64,000 nt of DNA from Octopus sinensis (lineage: Eukaryota), in the NCBI RefSeq assembly GCF_006345805.1, contig NW_021833073.1:1-64000 (forward strand), written 5' to 3'. The notes beneath the pieces are model-generated. The model saw nothing but the letters and a program-made list of their open reading frames with translations, searched no databases and was not told where the DNA came from. The number at the start of each line of letters is the position of its first letter. Positions within the stretch are counted from its first letter, which is position 1. Positions 23,623 to 34,974 of the stretch are shown here, piece after piece. A program made the translations under genes and the position numbers.

Positions 23623-24950
23623 TTCTTCTTCTTCTTCTTCTTCTCTTCTTCTTCTTCTTTGTTAGGTGGTATGATTTTTTGTTTGTATTTGTCAGCTTCC
23701 TTAAATACTGAGAACAGTTTTTTGTTTTGCTCGTGTTTTGCCGCTATTTGTATCAGTTTTCCTTCCTTCTGAAGTAGATATTTTTACAGTCCTATGGTTA
23801 TTATTTTATAATAGTTTTCCAGCTGTATAAGGCCTCTACCAATTCTATACGTTGTATATATAGCCTCTCTATGTCAGATTTTGGGTGATGCATCCTAGAT
23901 CCTGTCATTATTTTCTTGTTTTCCTACCTATTTTGGTTAGTTCATTTAGTGTCCAGTTAAGGATATTGTAGCTGTAACTTATAACTGGGACAGCTAAAGT
24001 GTTAATACCTATTATCTTGTTCTTAGCATTGAGCTCTGGTTTTAGTATTGATCTAACACGTCTATAATATTCTTTTTTTTATTTTCTCTTTCATTTGTGT
24101 GTGTTGTGTCTTATCTAGTTCATGGATTCCTAAGTGTTTGTAAGTTTGGCTTTGGTCTAATTCTCTTATTTCATTGGCTTTATCTAGTGTGATGTTGCTA
24201 CTCTTAACTAGTTTTCCTCTTTTCAGGGTTACTTTGGCGCATTTCTCTAATCCAAATTTCATATCTATTTCTTTGGTAAATCCACGAACTGTCTTTAATA
24301 GTGTTTCCAGCTGTTTGTCATTTGCAGCGTACATTTTTAGGTCATCCATATATAAAAGGTGGCTGATCGTTTTGCCGTAACATTTGTATCCGCATCTAGT
24401 TCTATCTAGCATATCCGATAGAGGTGACAGTGCCAAGCAGAAAAGGAGTGGAGAGAGCGTGTCTCCCTGGAATATTCCTCTTCTAATGGGGATGGCTTTG
24501 GTTTTCACGAGTCCCTCTTTTGTTTGGAGCTGTAGCACTGTCTGCCGTTTATTCATAGAGTGTCTTATGTATTTTATAATTGTTGGTGCTACCTTGTTAA
24601 TGGCTAATGTTTCGAGGATCCACGTGTGGGGAATGCTATCAAACGCCTTTCGGTAGTTGATCCAGGCCATACTGAGGCCTTTCTTCTTTCTGCGGCTGTC
24701 TTCAGTTATGGTTTTATTGATCATTAGTTGATCCTTACAGCCATATGAGTCCTTGCAGCATCCTTTCTGCTCTTCTGGAAACAGTTTGTTTTCGTCCAGG
24801 TGCTTGTTCAATCTTTGCGATATTACTGCAGTAAAGGCTTTGTACATTGTAGGGAGACAGGTTATAGGTCTGTAGTTTTGTGGTTTTGTTGTTTCATTGG
24901 ATTGGGAATTAAGATGGTTTTCCTTTCGTGAGCCATTCAGGCATTGTCTC
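22681..24950 (-). mobile_element. R4/Dong-like retrotransposon copy 2, 5'-truncated
   Basis: RT ORF 24062-24847 (EEQKGCCKDSYGCKDQL, GIFQGDTLSPLLFCL, YMDD); CRICG...HIISGC...RHD at 23131-23460; internal (GAA)n at 23580-23660. Confidence 0.9.
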
Positions 24951-25094
24951 TATTATTATTATATTTATATTATTATTATTATTATATTATTATTATTATT
25001 ATTAATATTATTATTATTATTATTATTATTTTATTATTATTATTATTATTATTATTTTTATTTTTATTATTATTATTTTATTATACTATTATTA
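24951..25094. repeat. (TAA)n tract between Dong copies 2 and 3
   Basis: Seen directly. Confidence 0.95.
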
Positions 25095-25238
25095 AGTTAA
25101 GGAGGCAATAACGAATCACCAAAGGTTTCAGGTAGTGCCTTCTCCTGTGACTCAAAGAGACAATACTCTCCTTAGAATGCGAGCTGTATCCAACAATGCT
25201 GTCTTCTGGATCACTTCGAGCCTAACAACAGCTCCAAT
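25095..25238 (-). mobile_element. Short 3'-terminal fragment of a third R4/Dong-like element, with (TAA)n on both sides
   Basis: VIQKTALLDTARILRRVLSL* matches the IQKIALL..A.IL C-terminus of copy 2; short 3' UTR. Confidence 0.75.
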
Positions 25239-25635
25239 ATTATTATTAATATTGTTATTATTAATATTATTATTATTATTATTATCGATTATGTTGTTGT
25301 TATTGAGTAAGAGAGTAGCGGGTGCCATTAAAATGACGCTGAGGATCAAGTATACGAAGCCTAGTATACCCATCATGGCAATCTTTTCATGCTCCCCCAC
25401 CAATCTAACAAATGATCAGAGATGCACATATGGCCGGGCGCTAAGGGATATACTCAGCTAGTTATGGTCAAACAACTGACAAGCAAATCTTTATTGGAGA
25501 CAGCGAAGCATTTGTGATTTGTACTTGGGTGTTGTTAAGTATCGTGGAAAGAGATCCTGTAAGACATTTGACAACAGGTTGCTGTCCACTCTTATAGAAT
25601 TAACCGGAGCAAGTGAAATCGAGAAGTGGAATGGA

Positions 25636-25733
25636 GATGATAGATAGATTGATTGATTAATTGACTAATTGATAGATAGATAGATTAGAGAGATAAATAG
25701 ATAGATAGACAGACAGACAGACAGAGAGATAGT

Positions 25734-25798
<65 letters not shown>

Positions 25799-25842
25799 TA
25801 GAGAGATAAATAGATAGATAGACAGACAGACAGATAGATAGT

Positions 25843-25906
<64 letters not shown>

Positions 25907-25907
25907 C

Positions 25908-25995
<88 letters not shown>

Positions 25996-26017
25996 TAGAG
26001 AGATAAATAGATAGATA
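25636..26017. repeat. (GATA)n/(GACA)n microsatellite
   Basis: Seen directly; abuts the 3' end of the Tx1-like LINE. Confidence 0.95.
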
Positions 26018-29000
26018 TGTTTCTTTATTAGCCACACATGGCTGCACAAAGACAGGACAAATTACAAGATAGAGCTTTTCTTTTGGGGGTAAAAAAGGGG
26101 GTTTGGTTTTCGATCAAAAGGGATCGTAAAAGAAAAGAAAGAGGACAAAAAAAGGGGGGATCAAAAAAAATTAAAATTAAAAAATTAAAAAAGGGGGGAA
26201 GGGGAAGGAAAAAATTGATCAATAGGGATCGTTATCACAGAAATGTCAGTATGAAGTGTAAAGGGGATGACAGGTGAGGTTTACCCGTGGAAAGAAAAGC
26301 CTACGGAAAAGACCACGGTCAATGAAGTCACATGTTAAATTTCTTTTTTTTTTGCAAGTAAGCAACTCTCTGTATTAATTTTTATGGTTCATAGAATCAT
26401 AGTCAAGGTGGCTTCGTCATTCATACGTGCCATCCTTGCTACATTCACCATCTTTTTTAAAACATTCACTAGACAAAACTTGCCTCTCTACTCTCACTTT
26501 CCTCTTCAAGTGATACTAGAAGAAGTTGATGAGAGATTGACCAGGGAGGAAAGTGTTTGTCTCTAATCCTTTCAGGCGCGTCCACCAGATACATTCTTTC
26601 GCCATAGCCACAAGTATGATAAAAATAGCTCTTCCTTCCCGTTTGAAGGAAGGAGGCGTGACGATATTAACGATAGACTCGGCTGATAAACCGACACGTC
26701 CCACACGTGACAGCAGTCGTTCGACATAAGCCCACAGGTCGGAGATTGTTGGACACTGCACGATTGCGTGCAGAGCGGTTTCGTCGCTCTGCCCGCATCT
26801 CAGGCAGGTCGGCCCCGTGTTTCTCGAGCCATGCCTATAGAGCTTATCCCGAACGGGTAGCGTTTCTCGGTAGCACCGCCAGGCCAGGGATCTCTGGAAG
26901 TTGTGCATAGGTCCCGGCCCGAAAGTCGTTTCAAACAGGCGGGTCAGGTATTCCTCGTCGACGCCCAGGTTCGCCCCAAGATTGTCGTCGTACCTCCCCT
27001 CCACTAATCCCCTATAGAATGCTTTGGTTGTGTTGAAGTCACCCAAGGTCGACCCGGGACGGCAGAGTTGCTTGAGAGCAACGCGACACTCGCGGTGCCA
27101 TTCGCCCTTCCTCGGCCTCTTTTTGATCCACGACTGCAGTTCGGTCATGGAGACGAGCTGCTGGAAAGCGTGCCTCACAAACGGCGACCACACCTGTTCA
27201 CCGTCGTCTACATAGAGCCGGAGATATCGCAGTCTCAGCGCGTGTCTGCGCATCATCAACAACGGCATGCCCAGCCCTCCTTTTAACGGGTGTTGACAGC
27301 AAATGGATCGCCTGACCATCGGGACGCATCCTTTCCACAAGAAGCGGAAGAGAATGTGTTCTAGTTTGGTGACGGTAGGGTCGGGACAAGGTACGACGGT
27401 CAGGCGGTAGTAGATGATGGACGCGATATACGTGTTCACCACCTCCGCCCGACCTTTTAGGGACAGTTTCCTCTCGGCCCACTGCCGGGCGAGAGTGACC
27501 ACCCTACTCGTTATCTCGTTCCAGTTCTTCTCCATTTGGAGGTCCGGACCGAACCAGACCCCGAGCAACTCAACCGGGCCGTCCGTCCGTCCAGCGTCCC
27601 ACGACGGATGTACTGGTAGACGGCATGGGCTTGCTTCTCCAGGTGCCGAGCCGCAAGCCCACTGACTTTTCTCGGTTGATTTTTGCTCCTGTCACCGCTT
27701 CGTAGTCTTTCAGTGTCTCGCCGACCAGCTCGATGTGCTCGTGGCTTGACACTATGACGGTGACGTCGTCCGCGTATGCAGACACGCTCGTCCCGCATCC
27801 CAATTCTCGCGGGATGCCCCTCAGAGTCGCCAGCTTCCACAGTAGTGGCTCAAGAGTCAATACGTATAGAAGCGCCGAGAGGGGGCATCCCTGACGGACC
27901 GAACGTGCAATGTCGAAAGGTCTCGATAGATGTCCATTTACGCGAATTACCGAACGGATGCCTCTGTACAAGGCAGCTATCCAGCCGCGGAAGACGGGAC
28001 CGAAACCAGCCGCTCTCAGGACTGCCTCCAAGTATCGATGGTCTACCTTATCGAAGGCTTTCGATTGATCCAAGTTGATCAGGGCCCAACCCATGCCAGG
28101 TTCCTTAACTACTCTGTCTATGATGTAGCGCATCAGATGGAGGTTGTCATGGATGCTCCGGCTCGGCACGGCGCACGTTTGTGCGTTGTCGACCAGTTTC
28201 TCGATGACAAGCGCCAACCTCTTGGCTAACACCTTTGTCAAAATTTTCAGGTCTGCATTGAGCAGAGTGATTGGTCTAAACTTTAGACTCTAAAGTTATC
28301 TATAATGTTCCTTGTGTTTGGATCTTTCTTCAGCAGCGTTACGGCTCCTCGACTCACAAAACCGAGTATGCTCCCGTTTTGCTGCCAGTTGCAGCATACC
28401 GCTGCCAAGACGTCTCCAAACAAGTCTGGCATACAATTGTAAAACTCGTAGGGCAGACCATCCAAGCCCGGCGATTTGTCTCTCGAGCATTCTGTCATCG
28501 CGTCCCGCACATCCGCCGCCGTGATGGCACCTTCGCAGCACTCTGCCTCTCTTGCCGAGAGTCGTGGTAGGCTGTGCAGGTAGGCACTGAAGTCCACCCT
28601 GCGTTCACGCTCGCCACTCGTCCCGTACAGTCGGGCAAAGTGCCGCTGAAATGTCTCGCACATCTTGCTGGGCTCGAGCAATTCGCGCCCTTGTTCATCT
28701 ACCAGAGACCGAATGGTGGCTTTGTTGCCCTACTGCGCCTCCGCCACCCGGGCCGCCCTCGCGGCTCCAACACCTTCCATCCTTAGAGCATGCATCCTAG
28801 CCCTGACAGCACACCCTTCGTGTTTGGCGTTGAAGTGTTAGTCAAGGGCCGACCTCGCCGCTAAAACGTCGGATGTGATGCCGCTTCTTATTGCCTTTTC
28901 TAACTTCTTAGCTAACTCACCCTCCGCTCTATTTCTATCTACGGCTAGTGCCTTGCTATATCTAATTGCTTCCGCTTTTACTGCTCTCTTGAGGGCGAAT

Positions 29001-29102
29001 CACCATTTGTTGTTGACAATGGCTCCCGTTAAAGCCCTTTTTACTAATATGTTGATTCTGTCTCTGAAAACCTGTCTGGACGGGAAAGATGCGTTCAGTT
29101 TC
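26018..29102 (-). mobile_element. Tx1-like (L1 clade) LINE, 5'-truncated ORF2, inserted in (GATA)n
   Basis: KSPGLDGLPYEFY, LDQSKAFDKVDH, VRQGCPLSALLY, SAYADD, C-terminal C..C...ET..H....C zinc motif. Ends ctaataaagaaac followed by (ATCT)n. GATA/GACA repeats also at 29103-29141. Confidence 0.9.
26516..28681 (-). pseudogene. Tx1-like ORF2 (RT + zf-RVT), three frameshifted segments
   Basis: ORFs 28283-28681, 27570-28241 and 26516-27568. Confidence 0.9.
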
Positions 29103-29457
29103 CAGATAGATAGACAGACAGACAGATAGTTAGATAGATAGTTTTAACGAATTCGAAATATTACAAGTTAAGAATTCAGCTTCATTTTTATTGTCATTTT
29201 AAATGTCATTTTTACGCAGTAGTTTCTTTTTCTTGTAAGAATTTGATATGACAATTTCTGAAGAAGGAACCTCTTTGAACATAGATGTGAAACGAATTGA
29301 TCACTAGCACATTGTTATAAGGAATCGATTTTTCAGTTCTCTCATCGATGTTTACATCCTGCACCGATAATAAGTTAGCAAAGAAATACAGTCATACGTA
29401 CATACTTTACGTATGCACAATCATGAATGTTCACTCACAAACACACACACACACACT

Positions 29458-29511
<54 letters not shown>

Positions 29512-29678
29512 CACAATTTATACTTATATAAAAATACATATGTACATAGGCGCAGGGTGTCTGTGTGGTAAGAAGCTATGATGCTGGGTTCAGTCCCACT
29601 GCGTGGCAACTTGGGCAAGTGTCTTCTTCAATAGCCCTCCGAAGCTAAAAGATATACGCCGTATATACACACACCACA

Positions 29679-29733
<55 letters not shown>

Positions 29734-29752
29734 TATATATATATATATATAT

Positions 29753-30825
29753 ATAGGCAAGGAAAAATTATAAAAAGGCAGAATGCTAAATTGAAGATAA
29801 ATTTTAATGAAAATGGGTGCATGGAATTAAAAAAAATTTTTTTTTCTAAATATTAACCGTAATCGGTTTTCGTCGCTATGCGACTTTTCAGGAATTTGTC
29901 TGTGAATATATTCCTTCTTAGCCAGGACTGGGCAGCTAGAGATAATATGATTTATTGTTTCTTGTCCATCTCCACATATTCTGCAGTTACTTGTAATATT
30001 TCTTTTCATTACATGTTTTTGGTAATTTCTGGTGGGGAGGCTTTTACTATTATTATTATTATGTTATTATTATTGTTATTATTATTATTATTATTTTATT
30101 ATTATATTATTATTATTATTATTATTATATATGACGTAACAATCTGAAATGAAATTATAAATTGGTTTATGTAAATTCATATAGAAAACAATATAAATAA
30201 AGTGTTAAAATCTGAATGTTAATTTAGCAAACAATTAAATAAAAAAAGATAAAGCAAATGAAGCTAAAATTATAATTTTATAATTTAAGGTTTATTAACA
30301 TCCTATCTTACAAAAAATTGATAATCCCAATTGAAGAGCATAAAATCCACAGAGTGGTGTCCCCTTACTCACAGGAACTGGATAACTCCTACCCCATTTC
30401 CTGTCTTGACATTTATTTAACAAACATCCTAAATTAAACACCACATGGATTTAATCACATGGATCTTAATCCTCCAAGGAAATTTTTCTAAGAACTATCT
30501 TTGAACTCGAGATGCACAAAGACTTGACAATGTATCGGTGTACATATTTTTAAATTTTTATATATGTTTATTATTTTTTTTTGCAAAAAACAATGTAATT
30601 TTCTTTTTTCCCCTCCTCAATTATAAAAAAAAATTTTTTCAACTTACAATTCCTGAAAAGTCGCATTGCGCGAAAACCGGTTAGAGCTAATATTGTTTTA
30701 AAAAAATTTTTAGAATTTTGCATACATCCATTTACATTAAAATTTACCTTCAATTTAGCATTCTGCCTTTTTATAATTTTTCCTTGCCTATCATTTCTCC
30801 ACGTGCGGTCAATACAGTCCCACTA
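29753..30825 (+). mobile_element. PLE 3'-terminal fragment with an inverted copy of its end (arms 29753-29895 and 30648-30791)
   Basis: 30250-30825 is homologous to the reverse complement of 55790-56300 (cacaggaactggataactcctacc; atcatttctccacgtg.ggt.aa.aca.tccca). Contains a Dong fragment at 29895-30040. Confidence 0.7.
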
Positions 30826-30832
30826 TTTATTG

Positions 30833-30895
<63 letters not shown>

Positions 30896-31232
30896 TTGTA
30901 TTTGTTGCAGTCACTTGACTGCGGCCATGCTAGAGCACCGTCTTTACTCGAACGAATCTACCCCAGGACTTAAACATAGCTTGCCGAATTGCTAAGTACG
31001 GGGTCTGAAACACCAACATCGGTTTTCAAGCGATGGTGGGGGGACAAACACAGATACACAATCACGCACAGCTCACATTCATATATATATATGAAGGGCT
31101 TCTTTCAGTTTCCGTCTAACAAATCCATTGACGAGGCTTTTCTCGGCCCGAGGCTATAGTACAAGACACCTGCCTAAGGTGCCACGCAGTGGGACTGAAC
31201 CCGGAATCATGTAGTTGGTAAGCAAGCTACTT

Positions 31233-33203
31233 TATTTCATAAAATTTGTCATCATAGACAGTACAAAGTGTGTGTAGCTTTGCGGGCTGGACAAACACAT
31301 TAATGAATGAAAATGAAATAGAATGAATAAATGAGAGACGAAACCCAACACCCGCCGATTGGATTTTTCTCGAAAACATATTTTCTTTTTTTAAAAATCA
31401 ATATGAGGTTTCAAACCTCTTACAAGAAGGAGGCACTAAAACTTCTTACTTAACATGTTTTTTTTAAAAAAAACAGACAATTGATGTTATAAACCACTAC
31501 AAATAATACAATAAGATGAGGTTTCAAACCCTATAACGAGGGTCTTTCACCTCCTACTCTTCGATATATCCATCTATATATTCATCATTATCTTCAATGC
31601 CGCTTGAGTTTCTGTATCCCGCATGTTCCCATACCTCACTCTTGTAGGACATGTAAGTCATGTAAGGGCCACCCGGCCATATGCGACACTCCTCCCCAAA
31701 TCCTTTAAGCCTTTCCCACAAGGGAAACTTTATGACCTCCACTGCTATCTGCGGAGGCCATTCGGGATCCTGTGTGAAGGGTATATCTACTGTCTCTTTA
31801 TGTTCTTCTGCTATTTTTTCCACCTCCCCGCCCTTGTAGGAAAAGATAATTAATTGATCATCTTTAAGGGTGGGGGTGGTTTCTTCCACCGTGGGTGGCA
31901 CAACTTCGGGACATGCAGACGGCACATCATCTCCCCGCTGAGATGACGCGTTCTTGTTCCTTCTTTTTTTTTTCTTCCTGACTTCGGGAGAGTGGAGCTC
32001 TTCCGCTTTGTCCTGAGACACTCCCCCGCCTTCCGAAGCCTTAGGTTCCTCCGGCGGGCAACTATTGTTGTCCGCCTTCTTCCTTTTTAATCCTTTTTGA
32101 GTTGAGGAGGCTGAAGCCTCCTCGACCACATCCACCTCTCCCTTTGACCGGGTAGAGGAGGTGTCATCTAGTGACTGTTCCAGGACCTTACCATGGTCCT
32201 GGGGGCAGTTCCTTTTAATGTGGCCTGGCTGCAGGCATGAGTGACACTTGGGGGGACGTCCCTCAAGTATCACCGGATACCTGCTGCCAGCCATTTTCAA
32301 GAAATCTGGAAAAACCAGATCTGTTGCAGCCAATGGGGTCCACGGGGTCAAAATCGCTTTTGACCCTTCCCAATCGATCGCCGGTAATACCCATACCCAG
32401 GCTCGTATTAAATTTTCTCCCACAATATGACGGTAGGAATTGAATTTCCTTGCCTTCTAAAGGCTGACTCGCAAACTGGCGAGCCTTTTCCCCGTTGTCA
32501 AACAGCAACCATACGGTTGCATGTTTGACACCACGGGATATATATTTTAAAGAGGATAAATATTCTTTAAGTTCATTTTTTATGACTTGTTTTGAGAAGA
32601 CGGTGATGGAATTAAGAACTTTAGAATATCTAAGTACCATCGTCTTGTCCTCCATATCTTTTAACCACTGCTTAGGCGGGTTAATTTCCCACTCTACGAC
32701 AGGTTTTCTTTTTAAGTTCCTTCTCTGCCATGTCAAAAAACAGTTCAAAAGTAGTTCAAAAGACAGTCTGCCGAAAAATTAAACCGAATAAAAATAAAAC
32801 AAAATAAAAGAGATGGGGAGGAAACTGAAATTAAAATAAAGAAAAAAATGAACCAAAATTTAGAAAGAAAGAAAAAACAGAAGAAGGAAAAAGTAAAAGA
32901 AAAACCTCACAAATAACACGGACAGGGAATCTTTTGTATAATACTCCAAAAAGGTAATCCAAATGCTTATTTTTATTTTTCTGGCGAGATACGCCCACTA
33001 GAATTTACAAAATGAATTTTCAAGCAAAAATTCTCAATTCACCGTTACGGTGATGAGAACCCAGTATTTTGCTCGCTATAGCGAGACATAAATGACAATT
33101 TTTCTATTTGTTCATTTTTTTTTTTCTATTCACGGAACCGAAACTCACATCTTCTCACTGTAACAGTCCAGACCAACTAGTGTTGCATTCTGGTTAACTA
33201 GAA
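31233..33203 (-). mobile_element. 1971-bp ORF1-only (HAL1-like) retroposon with 15-bp TSD
   Basis: TSD gtaagcaagctactt at 31218-31232 and 33204-33218. Single gag-like ORF; no RT or EN. Empty site at 41550-41564. Confidence 0.9.
31554..32748 (-). pseudogene. Gag-like ORF1 (RRM-like region + CCHC zinc knuckle CHSCLQPGHIKRNC + charged tail), one frameshift
   Basis: ORFs 32263-32748 and 31554-32423; the frameshift coincides with an apparent deletion after PSYCGRK relative to the 14-kb copy. Confidence 0.8.
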
Positions 33204-33859
33204 GTAAGCAAGCTACTTACCACACAGTCACTCCTGTGCCTGTATAAATGTATATTTAAGTGTGTGTGAGTGTGTGTAGGTGACAGTGTTTGTCCCCCAC
33301 ACCCGCCATCGATTGACAACGGATGTTGGTGTGTTTACATCCCTGAAATGTAACGGTTTGGCAAAAGAGACCTATAGAATAAGTACTACACTTACAAAGA
33401 ATAAGTCCTGGGGTCGATTTCTTCGACTTTTGGTTGTGCTCCAGCATGGCCGCAGTCAAATGACTGAAACAAGTAAGCAAATAAGTGAATATACGTAAAT
33501 GTCTATCTAGCAAAATGAGTCTTCAACTCGCATTGGTGGACAGAATTTATTTGTGAATTAAAGCTACCATTAGTTCCATGTTAAGAAAAATAGGAAAATA
33601 CCTCAATGTTTTAACAATTTTTCAAGCCGACCACATTGTGGATTCTGCTGTCGTGGGTGACAGATGAGGGTCTGCAATTCCTTGCTTAGTAACCTGCACA
33701 GATATATTTGCTTATAATGACAAACTTCTTGTACTGCGCTTTATCTTACCCCGTTCATCAAATCAATGTTGTCTACACATGCTCAAGGTGTGCGACACGT
33801 CAACTGTCGAAGCGACCGCAGAGCAAAGTAAAATGAAACTTTTATTCAAGAACATAGTC

Positions 33860-34290
33860 GTAGGCAGGCATGGCTGTGTGGTAAGAAGCTTGCTTCCCAA
33901 CTACATGATTCTGGATTCAGTCCCACTGCAAAGCACGTTTCACAGCTGTCTTCTACTATAGCCTCGGGCCGACCAATGTCTTGTAAGTGGATTTGGTACA
34001 CGACAACTGAGAAAAGCCCGTTTTATGCAGATATAACACAACAAACATAGCAGATTTCCTGACGTAGATCCAGTGGCACCGTGAGCAATTATCCTCTACG
34101 ATAGCCCTAGGCCGACAAGAGCCTTGTGATTGAATCTGGCAAACGGAAACTGAAAGAACCCCGTCGTGTATGTGTACCCGTGTTTGTGTTTGTGTGTGTT
34201 CCCCAAATGTCGATTTGGGGTCGATTTGTTCGTCTAAACTTGTCAAGGCGGTGCTCCAGCATGGCTGAAGTCTAATGACTGAAACAAGTA
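33860..34290 (+). mobile_element. Family-B SINE
   Basis: aggcatggctgtgtggtaagaagcttgc...ggattcagtcccactgc...ggcggtgctccagcatggc...tgactgaaacaagtaaaa. Confidence 0.85.
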
Positions 34291-34377
34291 AAAAAAATAA
34301 ACGATATGAAGTAAAGGTATAATCTTAGATTTTCGAATAGCATTTGAATGGGATTTAATAGGTGAAACCATCTAGAA

Positions 34378-34699
34378 GAGAGGTTCTCAAACATTTTGAA
34401 CCACTGCTCACCTCATAGCCACATAATACCCTCAGCGCCCCCACCCCTATTTTTATGCTTAAATAAATATTCTATACTTTACTGATGTATATATATACTA
34501 TGACCCATTTGATATTTAATATAATAAATAATTTGTATACAATACTATAATAAATATTATAATAAATTCATAGCGTCCCCCAGTTCACGGCCTTCCTCCC
34601 AACGCCCCCTTCTTCTGTAGCACCTCCTTAGGCACAAGCACCCACCTGGACCATCTTAATGCCCACCGGGGGCAGTAGCGCCCACTTTTAGAACCTATG
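34378..34699. mobile_element. hAT (Charlie-like) MITE
   Basis: Perfect 8-bp TSD ATCTAGAA (34370-34377 and 34700-34707); imperfect TIRs gagaggttctcaaa / ttttagaacctatg. Confidence 0.8.
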
Positions 34700-34737
34700 A
34701 TCTAGAATCTCTTGCAGACAACCTTCATATTTTTTCA

Positions 34738-34782
<45 letters not shown>

Positions 34783-34785
<3 letters not shown>

Positions 34786-34974
34786 CAGCCAAATAGGTTT
34801 TCACTACTACTTCTAGAAAAATAAGTCTCCACAAACAAACAGAATTTGTAACCCGTATATGGTAAAGAGAAAGAAGATAATGAAATCACAGCGTACTTGG
34901 ACGGGTTACAAATTCTGTTTGTTTGTGGAGACTTATTTTTCTAGTAGTAGTAGTGGAAACCTATTTGGCTGCTA
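34783..34974. repeat. Fold-back inverted repeat: 74-bp arms with 2 mismatches, 44-bp spacer
   Basis: Arms 34783-34856 and 34901-34974; abuts (TA)n. Confidence 0.9.

Larger units (their letters stand above)
29136..33310 (+). repeat. Segment paralogous, in inverted orientation, to 41455-42318, carrying extra insertions
   Basis: 29136-29580 matches the reverse complement of 41905-42318 almost base for base. 30900-31232 plus 33219-33310 match the reverse complement of 41455-41895. Confidence 0.9.
30900..33490. mobile_element. Family-B SINE sequences (tRNA head + ccttgggcaagtgtctt core); one copy is split by the 31233-33203 insertion
   Basis: gggactgaacccggaatcatgtagttg|gtaagcaagctactt resumes as accacacagtcactcctgtgcc at 33219. 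Confidence 0.85.

Noticed and set aside
29753-30791. Apparent MITE with 140-bp TIRs
   Set aside because: The arms and interior are homologous to the PLE5 3' region (54551-54760, 55790-56300), and homology runs past the right arm. It is a PLE inversion structure.
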